NCBI GenBank assembly: GCA_021613535.1
Contig: CP075496.1
Location: 11,966,001-12,030,000 of the forward strand
Direction of reading: 5' to 3'
From: Adineta vaga
Taxonomy: Eukaryota; Animalia; Rotifera
DNA: 64,000 nt
Shown: positions 49,036 through 62,207 of the stretch, piece by piece
Numbering within the stretch: the stretch's first letter is position 1
Layout of the letters: every line of letters begins with the position of its first letter
Position numbers and translations under genes: made by a program
Notes under the pieces: model-generated
Told to the model about the DNA's origin: nothing
The model's input: the letters and a program-made list of their open reading frames with translations, nothing else
Databases searched by the model: none

Positions 49036-50222
49036 TCATATATTTGATAATGATCGATTATTTCTCGTCAAAATAATATCCCATACATCGTAGAATTGAT
49101 ACGGATCACCTCGTTGTCCAATATGCAATTTTGACATACAGATTAACAAATCAGGATTCGTTTCAAAATATTCATCACACGGAATTTCAGCATAAAATGT
49201 ATAAGCATACTGCAGATCTTGAATATCATAATAAGATATATTTGCTAATTCACGTAATATTCCAGTTATATAAGCATCACCAATACGTATGATTTGATGA
49301 TTAGGATGATTTGCTGCATCAATTAAACGTTGACATGAGACATTCGAAAACAAATAACCTATACCGAATGTATATGGTGGATAGATACTAGATGGATATT
49401 CAAGTTTTGTTACAGCCCATTTATCTGCACGATGTACTGTATTATTAAAACGAAACCAACCATATAAACCATCTTTGGTATGAAAATCAACATCTTCTTC
49501 GATATAATTCGATAATAAAAAGATATCTAATAGAATATCATCATCAGCACGAAAGACAATACGAGCTAATGGACAATAATAACGTGTCCATAACAGCGAT
49601 GCTAATTCTTTATGAGCAACAAATGGATAGTTTTCTGGTATACCTATTAGGAAGAAAGATACATGTATGTAATTTTCCATAATTTTCCAATTGATTTACC
49701 TATTTCAACAACATCATTGAACATAGCTTGTTCATCTCGTATTGCTGTTTGTACATTATCATCAGTTCCAACGAAAAATACTGTTTGAATGTGAATTTTA
49801 CTCGTTTTATATTTTCCATTTCGGCCCCATGTTGCACGAATAACTTGTCGATAATCAAAATTAATTGCACGTGATAAAACAACAATAACCATAAAATGTT
49901 CTGTATCGTTTGGATAATTACAAATTGGCTTCGATGGATTATTGAATGTAAAACGATTCAACATGGAAGAACTCTTTGTATTTGAATGAAGAATTTTATC
50001 ACGAAGAAATTGTTCATCAGTACTGATGGTTGATGTTTTTGTTGTGATATTAAATGATGTAAATTCAATTTGAGATTCATTTTTAGCTGTTAATGATATA
50101 GTTGTAGTTAATTGAATGAAATTTTCATCCGCAGGAATATGTTGAAGATAAGAATAATATGAATATAGAAAGACGAAACATGAAAATATCAGAAAAATAT
50201 GAATAAAGAACGATAAAAACAT
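49036..50222 (-). CDS. GT31-family beta-1,3-galactosyltransferase-like protein; one intron at about 49646-49699
   Basis: Type II TM; IVVLS...RQVIRATWG, EQAMFNDVV, VFRADDD (DxD), YPPY.FGIGY, DAYITG. Confidence 0.85.
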
Positions 50223-50447
50223 TTTTTATGTAAATATTCGTTCGTTCGTTTGACTTTTTTCTTATCATTGCATTTCTTTTTCTTTTCTCTTTCTCTTTTT
50301 TTCCTTCGTGTACATAGACTACACACTCAAGCGTGAACTATATTGATCACGATCAAAGTGCACTACCTCTATGATATATCATCTGTATCGAATTGAAAAC
50401 TCAATCGTGATTACAAAATCTGTTTTATTTATTCAAAGTATTTTTAT

Positions 50448-51221
50448 TTACAATTTCTTTGGAATTCGTAATTTCATTTTTTTGGCTAAAAGTTCCATGG
50501 CTTTATCACATGAAGCAAATATTCTTATTTTAGCTAAATGATCATGTGGTGTTTTTTGTAGATTAATTATGATTAATCCAAGTGTTCCTTCTCTTTCTGC
50601 TACGCGTGTAGCAATCACATCCGCTTCCATTCCACACATTGATGAGCCCATAACTAATACTAGATCCGATCTTTCAGACCATTCTAACATCCATTTATGT
50701 AAATCAGGTCGAAGAGTATCTTCCATTAACACCACAGGATTCTTTTTATCAAACCAGGAACCATGAATTTCATTTAGTTTTTCTTGTGGAAAACCAGCAC
50801 GTTGTGCAAGACCATCATGATTTTGTTGTATCCAATGTTTTAATCGATTTTTCTTTTCCAGCGCTACTAACACATGATGAGTTAGAGTTGGTATGGCTTT
50901 CAAACGATTGACACTTGTTTCACGCATAACAATTGAATTAGATGCTTTTGATGCATAATCACCAATACCAGATGAAGTCGATATACCAGCACCGGTATAA
51001 ACAACAAATTCTTGACTTTTCTCAATCAAAGAAACAACTATATCAAGTTTTGCATCAAGTACATTATCATCATCTATATATTCACTAGCATCAATAGTAC
51101 CTTGAACATCAGGCCGTGCTTTTTTATTACTTGCTGCAATAAGACGTGGTAATTTCCAATTTCTCTCACCAGCTTGACCGTGCATACATTCGAAAGATAC
51201 ATCTGTAGAGGAAGTAGCCAT
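50448..51221 (-). CDS. Sirtuin (SIRT6/7-like, class IV) lacking the Cys4 zinc module; intronless
   Basis: VVYTGAGISTSSGIGDY, PTLTH, QQNHDGL, NEIHG, LVMGSS, IINLQKT.HD; no CxxC pairs after HG. Confidence 0.85.
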   Translation of the reverse strand: MATSSTDVSFECMHGQAGERNWKLPRLIAASNKKARPDVQGTIDASEYIDDDNVLDAKLDIVVSLIEKSQEFVVYTGAGISTSSGIGDYASKASNSIVMRETSVNRLKAIPTLTHHVLVALEKKNRLKHWIQQNHDGLAQRAGFPQEKLNEIHGSWFDKKNPVVLMEDTLRPDLHKWMLEWSERSDLVLVMGSSMCGMEADVIATRVAEREGTLGLIIINLQKTPHDHLAKIRIFASCDKAMELLAKKMKLRIPKKL

Positions 51222-51929
51222 TGAAATAATTTGTTTTTTGTATGAAATGATTATAAATCTTTCGACAGAAGTCAAATATTTATATGATACTAAAGAGGAA
51301 TGAGTCATCGTTGATATGTTTCTTAGTCATACTTGTTTTAGTAACAACAGAAAGAGAACTTTAAGTTGTACAATATATTGTCATCATTCACTGATTAGAT
51401 TTACGTCAATGTATCCTTTTAAGGATATTTCATCACAACATTGACAAACATATTCAATAAGAAAATCACAAAATGATGCAACAAATGGAATGTCAATGAT
51501 TAGTCATGATCTTTTTTCTTTATCAATGGAAATATTTCTTGTGTATATATTCTTGGATTAGCAATCAATTTCGAACTGATAATTTTATCAAATCTTTTAG
51601 ATAACTAACTAATTTGAACAGTGAGAAAATTGAAGAATTTTTCTTGTCTCCTTTTTTTAATAAACTTGTTTTTCAACATTTTCATCTTATCTTTAGATTC
51701 AAATCGAGGTGGTCTTTTCCTTTCTCTTTTATCAATAAACGCGTGCATGAACAAGATATTCACAAGAAGAAGATGAGCAAACCATTCTATATCTTCTTAT
51801 CTCATCTCTTTCTCTCTCTTTCGCTCTCTTCTCCTCTCAACACCGATGTGGTCCAATGAGAAAGTTAATCCAACTTGAATGTATATAAACAAATGAGATG
51901 ACTCTATTTTTCTCATATTATCCGAAAGA

Positions 51930-52848
51930 ATGTTTCGTGTCACATTCATTTTTGGAATGTTTTTCTATATTCATTCTACTTTTGGAAATCAAACTGAAAC
52001 AATTCTTGATCTTTACAATAGAATTACTCAATCGGGATCACTTACCAAAGCTACGTCATTTGATATTAATACACAATTAAAATTGAAAAATATTAATACT
52101 GTTCGAATGCTTTCATATAAAGGTTTGTTTTTTTTTCTTCTTCGTATTGTAATGTCTAATGCAAACATATTCTTTTGTTTACAGTTCCGAATAATCGACT
52201 TGTATTTGGTATTCGAATAAAAAAGAATCTAAATGAACAAATCGCTTTGATTGAATTACGATGTAATATATCAAATGTGTATGTTCGATTAGGAAAATAT
52301 GGTTATCATAAAAAATATCGTTTACTAATGATATCACATCCTCTCAATCTTATGATGTCACTCGATTTTTAAAAAATCATCATCAACGTATCATCTATTT
52401 AATATTTCCACATCGATTAGAAAATCAAAATTTCTCACTTTTTTATTATTCAAAATCTAATAAAAATCTATTTTCATTCTCGTCTACTCAACATGTTAAA
52501 CGACGTTTTCGACGAACAATTCTACCAACAGATTCAAGTGTTACGTGTGCAAAACATGAATATGAAATTGATTTCAATCAATTTTCATTTGGTCAATGGA
52601 TTGTACAACCAAAACGTTTCAATGCGTATACATGTTCTGGTTCATGTCCTAATCCATTATCACCTCAATATTATCCATCTAATCATGCAATTTTACTCAG
52701 TTTAATGCGTTCAAAAAAACAACATGGACAACAACCATCGTGTGTACCTGTTCAATTAAAACCATTGTGTTTACTCTATTATGATCGTGATGAACTTGTT
52801 ATTAAATATCATCGAGATATGATTGTACAAGAATGTGGATGTAGATAA
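51930..52848 (+). CDS. Nodal-like TGF-beta family ligand; intron 52122-52183; apparent frameshift at about 52312-52345
   Basis: Signal peptide, short prodomain (NTVR, SYDVT), furin site KRRFRR, mature domain CAKHEYEIDF...WIVQPKRFNAYTCSGSCPNP...PSNHA..SL...PSCVP...KPL.LLY.D...HRDMIVQECGCR*. The mature frame is not in the ORF track. Confidence 0.85.
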
Positions 52849-53204
52849 GAGTAATATGTTATTTCTTTATTTTAAACAAATATATATATATACATGAAAA
52901 AAATGTTTGATTGTTTTCTACGAAATATGCACAAAAGTCTGTTAGAGACATCGACATTCATAAACAACAGTGAATATACTGTTAGTTAAATGTTGAGTAC
53001 TAGTGCTCCTGTCTTTCAATGTACTCTGTCTAAATCAGATCTTTCTCTCGTTCAAACATTGTGTTTTTGAAAACTTGTAATTAGTTTTGTTGATGTATGA
53101 TCAATACAATAACAGTACCCGGACATATAATAAATAATATTTTTCAATAATTAAAGAGTACATGTTAAAGAACAGAAATGAATAATCAATTTTGTTTTCT
53201 TCAT

Positions 53205-54188
53205 TTAACATCTCCAAAGTTTTTTCACAATATCAAAGAAAGTCCGACGAAATATTTGTCCACCACATAATGTATTGATATAAAAAGATATTCCACTCGA
53301 AAAATAAGTTAGAAGTAATAGTAGATTGAAAACAAGAGTTTCTACAGCATTTTGTAAAGCAGGTTTAACTTGTTCTTCAGTAAAAGTTGAATAGATTTTT
53401 TGTATTGCTTGTGGTAATGTAAAAAAACTATAGAGAACAATTTGTATCAGAAGCATCATCAATAATTGATAATCTGTTCTTTTCCATCGTTGTTGTTGGT
53501 GCGTTGCTGTATTTCTTGTTACATTCGATGCTGTTACCGCTTCAATAAAAACACGACGATAAGAATGTTTCACATTGGAAATAGTTTTAATTCCAAAAAG
53601 AATCATTCCCATTATCGGAATGATTATAGTAATAATTGCATATGATAGATCAGTGGTCATACGACATCCAGTTGTTTTTCCATAACATTTCAATGGTGTA
53701 TTAATTAAATTTGCTTGATAACAATAGAAGATTTGAACATATAAAAGAATTGAAAGTGATACGACAATATACATATTTCGATAAGAATTTTTAAGAGAAC
53801 TTCTTTTTCGATATTCATGATTGATTGAAGATGAAAACCATCGATCGATACTAGCAAATGTTAATAACCACGATGCAATCGTTCTTGAAGCAAAGAGAAC
53901 AAATGCACGAAGTTTACATAACCAATCAATTGTATTTGTTAAATCAACAGCATAACCAGCTAACATACGAGTAGTTAAACCCGATAGAATAGAAATAAGA
54001 CTGAATATCGATGAAATTAAAAATAAAAATGCACAAGAATTTGTTCGAAGTTTTTGTTGAGATAAAACCAAACAATTAAGCATATTTCCCAGAACACCAA
54101 AAATGAAAACAAAGATTGAAAAATACCGATTTAATTGTGTTGAAGCATTTTGTATCGATGCAATGAGAATAGTCACATTGGTCGACAT
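53205..54188 (-). CDS. Intronless class A (rhodopsin-like) orphan GPCR
   Basis: Seven hydrophobic segments, GN in TM1, C at the top of TM3, SIDRW (DRY variant), LP in TM6, FR in helix 8. Confidence 0.88.
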   Translation of the reverse strand: MSTNVTILIASIQNASTQLNRYFSIFVFIFGVLGNMLNCLVLSQQKLRTNSCAFLFLISSIFSLISILSGLTTRMLAGYAVDLTNTIDWLCKLRAFVLFASRTIASWLLTFASIDRWFSSSINHEYRKRSSLKNSYRNMYIVVSLSILLYVQIFYCYQANLINTPLKCYGKTTGCRMTTDLSYAIITIIIPIMGMILFGIKTISNVKHSYRRVFIEAVTASNVTRNTATHQQQRWKRTDYQLLMMLLIQIVLYSFFTLPQAIQKIYSTFTEEQVKPALQNAVETLVFNLLLLLTYFSSGISFYINTLCGGQIFRRTFFDIVKKLWRC

Positions 54189-57100
54189 GTCTTCTTCTTC
54201 TTCTTCTTCTTCTGATGGTTTTGAAAAGGATTACACAATATTTATAATTTAATTTTTTGACATTTCTTTTAATAAAATCAATGAGTATGGCACCGACAAC
54301 AAAATAGTTTCATCAGAATTTCTAAAGATAGACTAATTCTATGAAAAGTTTGTGTTCATAATTAAAAGTGAAATAAACATACAATAGTAAAATTAGTTTC
54401 TATTCGCTTTTCATACATGACTTAATCAGCGTCGAAGTGTCCCATAATTATAAATAGTCTACTTCATCACTCTCTCCAGGTGTCTACACATAAAAATGCG
54501 AAACTTTCACAAATTCAAAGGATAATTTAAGCAATGCTTGTTGTTCAATGATCATGAAATATGTGAAATAATACAAATATAACAAGCTACACTTACTAAT
54601 TTGTAGAGCATAGTATAAGAACATTTTAATGTTTCGTTGCTGCCCTCATTTTTTGAATCTGCACTATTCAGAAATGTTGGTTAATTATTTTAGAATAGGG
54701 CGAATTCTTCTGTTTCTAATTTTGGTTTAACATAGATCTACTAAAAGTAGTAAGTCAATAGATAACTTATAACTCCGACAAAAGAAAAATTAGGATAAGT
54801 CAGCTTGGATGCTAGAACGTGAATGGAGAGTTCAAAAAAAAAGCAAAAGAAAACCGTTTGTTACTTACATTAGAACAAGAGCTTAGTATTAAGTGCTGAA
54901 AGACATCTCACGTTAGATATAAAATATGTCACAATACTTTCAGAATAATTAGTTCGAAAAGATTAATGCAGATGTTATATGACACAGAAGAAAAAACATG
55001 ACTATTTCAAATGTTGATGCGATCTTGAATAAGCGGTAAATTGAGGAAATTGTTCAGGGATTATTATCCTCGAGATATTAGAAGGAAAAATAATAAGTGT
55101 TCAAATGGGTGTACTGGTAGTTAAGTCAATAACGCGAATACTAATTTGAATACATGCAGTGTTCACAATTATAGTCTATAGATAAAATATTCCACTACTT
55201 ATTTGCAACCTACCATGATATTTTTGTAGAATAAAACGCTCTAATTTTTTGAATAGGCAAAAGAATCATTTACAAAAAACTTCTTTCAAAATCTCCACTA
55301 AAATGGAATACCATATGAAACGTTTTAATGAATCCAATTCAGAAAATCACTAATCTGTTGAAAAGTGCGTATTCATTATTTACATAATTATTATAATATG
55401 TACTTTTATTATTCGTAAAGTAAATCCTCATTTGAAATGACGTCAGCAATGAAGAATTTGCATCATTCTAATCCACTGAAATTAATACGCTTTTTTTTCA
55501 ATAGTATATCAAAAGCTAAATCAAAACAACAAGGATAATTAATTACCAGATCTTTATACTTCACAATGTTATTTTCTCTTTTAATAACAGTACGAAATAC
55601 TATTAATTATATATTTTTATTTTTGTATTTTGAATATCAGCACAAATATAAGAAAAATAGAAAGACAACATATTGCAACTCATAACAATTTCTAATATTC
55701 GTTAATTCAATTGTTCAGATAATTTTAACTGACATTAATATGTCCATTAGTATTTCCAATAGCATTCTCTATAAAAATTGATTCTTATTTATTCTGACTA
55801 AGATCAAACAAATGTCAAATTTTATTAATAAGATATAATAACATTCTGTTGAATAGATATATACTTATATTTTATCTTCGAATGCGAAGTTTTAAAAACT
55901 CATTTTAAATGTTTAGAAAATCAAATGCAATTTTTTGCCTGAAAATTTGTTCGAAAGAAAAAGTCATCGATTGAATATTTTCAAGTAATCGAAAAGAAAC
56001 CACACAAGATTTGTTCGATGCACTATGTAATAGAAAAAAAAACGAAAATTCTCAATAAAATCTCCGTTTTTTTTCCATTCTTTTTTTTATTCGGATTAAA
56101 AAATTGTCGTCTTTCACTTCACTTTTGCATTAATCGTAAGTATAAAAAGAAATCATGTACACATTTCAATATGAATATCTTTAAGAGAAAAAAAATATTC
56201 TTTTTAGTAATCATCTAAGCAATTCAAAGTCAATATCTTATGATTGACATTGATTTGTTTTGATATTCAGTTGTATAAAGTTAATGTTACACTTTCTTTC
56301 TATTTTTCGAAAGATTAAAGATATCTTTATGACATTCGTTAAAATCAATAAGTTTTTCGTTAATAGTCAGTCGTCTATTGATTTTGTCTATTCACATATA
56401 CACACACACACACACATTCTTATTGAATAATTATCGTTCATAGAACAAGAGAGAAAAAACTCGAAAGAGTGATTATGTTATGCATACAGTAGTTGATACG
56501 AATGAGAGAGAGAGAGATTACTCCTTGAATACTAGTGGGTAAAGTGTGTTCTGTACAATGTTACACATAAGCTTGTTCGTTCGATCATGTTCGAATTATT
56601 TGTTTGTTCATCTCACTACGTCATTTTATTCTCTCTCTCTCTCCCTCTGTTTTTTTTCTCCCTCGTTTTCAAAGAATAGATGAGAGTAGAAGAAAAGAAA
56701 TGAACAAGCTATTATGTAGTGAATTCAACAAGAGTTTAGGCGTATTCACTTATGTTTTACAAACATACATCAAAGATATTATGCGACAGGTAAGAATCAA
56801 TTAGATCGATATTAATAGAAGTTGAAATGATTTCATATCTTTATAAGAAAATCTTTTTCTCCTAGTTAGAACAATATATATGTATATATATATTCAATGT
56901 TTGTCTTTTTCGTTTCGTTTTGTTAAGAATAAAGAATAATATAAACAGAAGAGGAATAGAAATGGTAAAAGAAATTATTATCTTTTAAGTTTTAAAACAA
57001 GAGCCAAATAAACAAATGTTACTACTTTGCCATAGCAAATTATTTTCAATACATTTATGTGTATTTTAAATTTTACTTCGCTAAGCAATATGCATAATAA

Positions 57101-58418
57101 TACGTTTCTGAATGGTAGTTTTCTTTTTATGTTTATTTGATATGCGCACATCTTTTAAATGAGTAAGAAGAAAAATACACGAGTGCACAAGTGAATAGGT
57201 AACACATGTATCTTTGTAAATGACAAAGAAAATCTTCCTATCAGACTTACTAGTCATTTGGAATTATTTTCAATAATTCTCAATAATTTTCTCTTATAAT
57301 TTAATTCGATTACATCGACACATCATTCTATGTATGTCTCTCTTCTGTCGCACTTCGTTCTTTTGTTCTCTATTGAATATTAAGACTAAGAGTGTTCAAA
57401 TAGATGCTTGATTTCTTTCTTTCTTTTTTTTTCTTTCTTTCGTCATCTGTCGTACAAATCATTTCTATGTATATTCTCTTACGATAAAGACTCCATCATT
57501 GATCGTAAGAGAAAAAAAGTAGCAAGAAGCTCAACATTGAGCTACGTAAGAACGAGTGATCGATTGCAAAGAAATGAGTGAAAATCAGTGCGACACAGCA
57601 GTATGTCTATTCTCACATCTCCTCTTGCGTCTTCGTCGTCCTTTTCTACTATTACCATTATGATTACATGTCGGCGATGAATTCCAGCATGTGAGAAGTC
57701 ATCCAACCTCACTGGTTGTCGTTGTTGTGTGTTTTTCTCACTCCCTTCTCTCTCTCTCTCTTTTCTGCGATTTGAAACATTTATACACACATATAAATAA
57801 ATTTAACGCAGACACGCAAAAGTCTTCCGCTAATAATAATAGTAATAATCAAAATAATAACACATAACACGATTTTCCGGTCTTTTTATTATATATCGTC
57901 AGTATCTCAACTATTGCTGTTTGTTCTCAAAAATATTCTAAAGTAGTTTTCTAACGGATTGAATACGAGAACAAGTGATGTATAATTAATCATTCTTGTT
58001 CGAGAAAATCATTCATATTTTATCTTTTTTTCTATACAAATGTATAAATAAAAGAGTTGTTTATTAGTCTCCATACACATTTTGATGACAAATGTTCTGC
58101 TCGTTATTGATTGTCTGAGAAAAGTTCGTTGACAATGCGTGTGTATGTGTATTCAAATATGATAATTATGAGAACCTTGCAAATAGAAACGACGAAGGTT
58201 GACATTTTCAGGAAACACTTATTTTCACTTCTATGCATTTATTTCCTTATCTATTCGCACATATTTTGTTCGACATCATTTTCTGTCGCGCACCATTATA
58301 TAAGATAACAAACTAAATATTAGGTTCAATTTCATAAATTATCCTTGATTTTTTCAGGCTTTATCAACAACATTGATCATTTCTTTCAAGCATTTATGTT
58401 CTTATTAATCGTATAAAT

Positions 58419-61275
58419 ATGGTACAAGATTCGAATAACGCTGCAACACCTGATAAAGCCTCGATAACAGGTACTGCTGATTTATCATCCGATGAAAAAC
58501 GAAAAAAAGTTGGAAATTATGTTATTTTAAAAACAATTGGTGAAGGAAGTTTTGCTAAAGTACGTTTAGGTGTTCATTTAATAACAGAAATGAAAGTAAG
58601 TTGGAAATGATGAATATAATTCATCTTTTCTACTTTGTATTTTCATTAGGTTGCTGTAAAAGTTATCAATAAACGTGAAGTATTTAAACGAAATTATTTA
58701 AGAGCAAATTTACGTCGTGAAGCTTCCATGATGCAACGTATGTGCCATAAAAATATCGTTCAATTACATGAAGTAATGGAAACAGAAAACTCCTATTATA
58801 TCGTTATGGATTTAGTAGAAGGAAATGAATTTGTTAAATATTTAACAAAAAAGTAATGAAGTGACATTTGTTTGATTGATATTTAAAATGATTTTCATAG
58901 GAAACAATTAGATGAAAATGAAACGAGAAAATATATTCGACAAATTGTTTCTGCTGTTGATCATATGCATCGTGCACGTGTTATTCATCGAGATATTAAA
59001 CTACAGAATTTTATGCTTGATCAAAATAATGATCTTGTTATTATTGGTAGTGATTAAGACTTGTTTGAGATGAACATATTTGAGAGGTTTTTTTTACTGT
59101 ATAGATTTTGGTTTAAGTAATTGTCTTGATGAAAAAGGCTTTCTAATGACTCAATGTGGTTCACCAGCGTATGTATAACATAAACGGAAGAGACAGAGAA
59201 ACGATACGTATTTATTATTTATACATAGTTATGCTGCTCCAGAAATTTTTGCACATCAAGAATATGGTCCAGCTGTCGATATTTGGAGTATTGGAGTGAA
59301 TATGTATGCGATGTTACTTGGTAAACTTCCATTTAAAGTTGAACATCGGAGTCGAAATCTTGCAAAACTTCATGCTTGTATATTAAAAGGATGTGAAATA
59401 CCCAATACACTTTCCCGTGGTATGCAAATATTTCGAATATAGTCTTTGTCTTTGATCTTAAAGTTGTTGTTGTTTTTTTCTTGTATTTAGATTGTCAAGA
59501 TTTATTAACGAGATTATTAGAACCATCACCAACCAAACGAATTACTATGCCAGAAATTCTTCGTCATCCATTTTTAATTAATCATCTAGGACCTATCGAA
59601 TTAATGCCATTTAGACCACATGCTGACATCAGAGATTCAACCGACATATAACTAAATATTTATCTATAAAGTAAGCGTCTCAAAGAGAAAGAAACAAATT
59701 ATTTCAAATTTTTATTATTTTTCATAGACATGGATATTCGGAGCATGATGTTGAAGAAGCTGTTTTACATCGAAAACCTATTGCTTCACGTGCTCTATAT
59801 AATTTAATTGAACGACGTTTAAAAGAAGGTCTCGGTTGGCCTGATCCAACCTATAACAATTCCGTTAATGGACATTCATCATTATCAACAACAACAGTTG
59901 CTGCTTCATTACCTGATGGTGCATCAGATGTTATTGTACTCGATAAACTTGTTCATAATGAACCATTACTTCCTAGTCGTCGTGCACCATCGAATTTTCT
60001 TCCACAACAACAACAACAACATCAACAACTTGGCACTTCTACAGTTACAAATGGACGAAAGTTTTCACGTGATAAAACGAATTATACATTTGATGAACAA
60101 GTTTTATTACAGACAAATACAAATGGAAATATAATCACAGGTGGCTTAACAGAAGACGCATTCAATGAATTAGTTCCAACACCGAAATTAACTTCCCGAA
60201 AATTATTTCACGATATTATCTTAAGAAAACCTTCCGCAAGTGGTAATACTACTGAAGTATCCGATGAACAACATCTTCATACAAGACGAACACATAATCC
60301 AAATAGTTTATCAACTATAAAGCCATTAATAACTGGTCAACGTACAAATGTCGTTACGCCTCAACATCAACATTCTCCTCCTCAACAAAAACTGAAACCT
60401 CGTAGTTTACCAAATTCTACACTCGATCATGCCAATCAAAATGGTTTTCATCTACCACATGATCCATTAGCGAGTGGTGCTCGTACACCGAAAACTGTTA
60501 GTCGTGCATCCAATGTAGAATATCTAAAACGATCTCAACAACATTCGCCAGTGCGATATAATCCTGGTAGGTTAAAATTTATTCTATGTTGTTGATTTTT
60601 TTATTCTCATCTCGATCTCTTGAGGAGATTCATTCTATTTGTACATTTTGATTAATGTTTATTTATATTTCCTCTTTCGTTCATATCGTATCGAATTCTT
60701 TTTTTACGAGAGAGTAAAAGCCTTTTAAGTTCTTTCGAATTATTAAAATCGATGATTAAGAAAGTAAAAGAAAAAATAGAAACTTATAATAATAACAATA
60801 ACAATAATAATAGACTTTCGTTTTTAATGGTTTCATCAATAGAAAGATGAGTTTTCTTACTCCTTCGCTGAAACAGTCATTTGTTTTTGTTCAACTATGT
60901 ATATTTTTAGCTCCATCAGTAACTGTAAAAGCAATTGGTTTATTTTTAAAAAATTCTGCTCTACATTCTCGTGTTAGTTCCTGTAGTAGTAAATCATCGA
61001 AAAATGTCGAAACAACATCACCAATGGCTCATCAACAATCTCCACCATTAAGATTTTATCCGACACAATCGAATACGATTCATAAACAAAATGTTATTAA
61101 TTATCATTCACATGGAAATTTACCGATGACAGGTCAAACACGACAAGCATTTGTTAAACCATCAGAATCACCACATCATCACCTTCCAACCAGTAAAAGT
61201 TCACATTCTACAGCTGCTGCTACTACTGCTGCAGCAACAACAGGAACTAGTGGACAAAAATTAATGCAAACTTGA
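58419..61275 (+). CDS. HUNK: HUNK-like AMPK/SNF1-related Ser/Thr kinase; multi-exon; apparent frameshift at about 59635
   Basis: [73 protein letters not shown]; UBA-like segment and a long Met-less exon at 59728-60567. Confidence 0.82.
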
Positions 61276-62207
61276 TTGAAAAATTACTTTTTATAATTGC
61301 TTCTTCTTTTTTTTCTTTCTTCCGAAAATTTTTTTATTCTTCTCATGCCATTCAATTCGGTGCTTTTCATCTCGTCCTTTTCTTTCGATTTGTTAATGAT
61401 TTTGTTTCTTTTTTTACGAATGAAAAATATGAATTATCTTCGTCTGTATATAAATATATAATCCTATGCAAATCGAAACGAAACGTTACTCATTTCTCCT
61501 TTTTTCAAGAAAATTAAACCTTTTAGTAATGTTCTCAATCGTCAAATTTCAATTATTTAAAATAACTAATAAATTCTTCGGAGAAAAGATCAAGTTTCTT
61601 GTTTTTTAATCGTTTTTATAGGCAAATAATCGCTCACACAACGTCTAGGTACTTTCGGTAGATAATCATCTTCCTTTGTTTGCTAAAATTCTATGAATAA
61701 TTATGAATTGAAAACAAATAGTATTCTTCATCTATATAGAATGAATTATCTTTGCAAAACTTATTCTTTCAGTAATCGTCGAATGTCTATCGATATCAGA
61801 AGAGAACAATTCACCGTCTACTTTAATATCAACTCGATTTTCTCAATCGATATAACAAACTTCTTTGTTTTTTTCATAAAACATAGATGATTTTTTATTC
61901 TCCCTAAACTATATTATTTAGTCGCTTGATATAAAGACTAATCTTATCATTCAAGTGTAATGATAGAAGTTTATATTTGCTTCTTATCACACCCAATATG
62001 TTTTGTTTTCCTTTTTATAATCAACAAAATAAATAAAGGATATAGTTTAAATAACGAATAACAAAGCTTTAAACAATCGAAAACAAAAGGACAGAGAGAA
62101 AGAGAGAGAGAGACAGACAGAAAGAGAGAAAACACCAATTACATAGTCACACACGGAGATAAAAACAAACGAACAAAATTTCTTTTTTTTCGGCAAGAAC
62201 ATAATGT

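Noticed and set aside
51411-51420. GTATCCTTTT, resembling a U12-type 5' splice site
   Set aside because: Intergenic, with no associated exon or U12 branch point identified.
54600-55300. Possible degraded transposon downstream of the GPCR promoter region
   Set aside because: No terminal repeats, target-site duplication or recognisable transposase/RT motifs.
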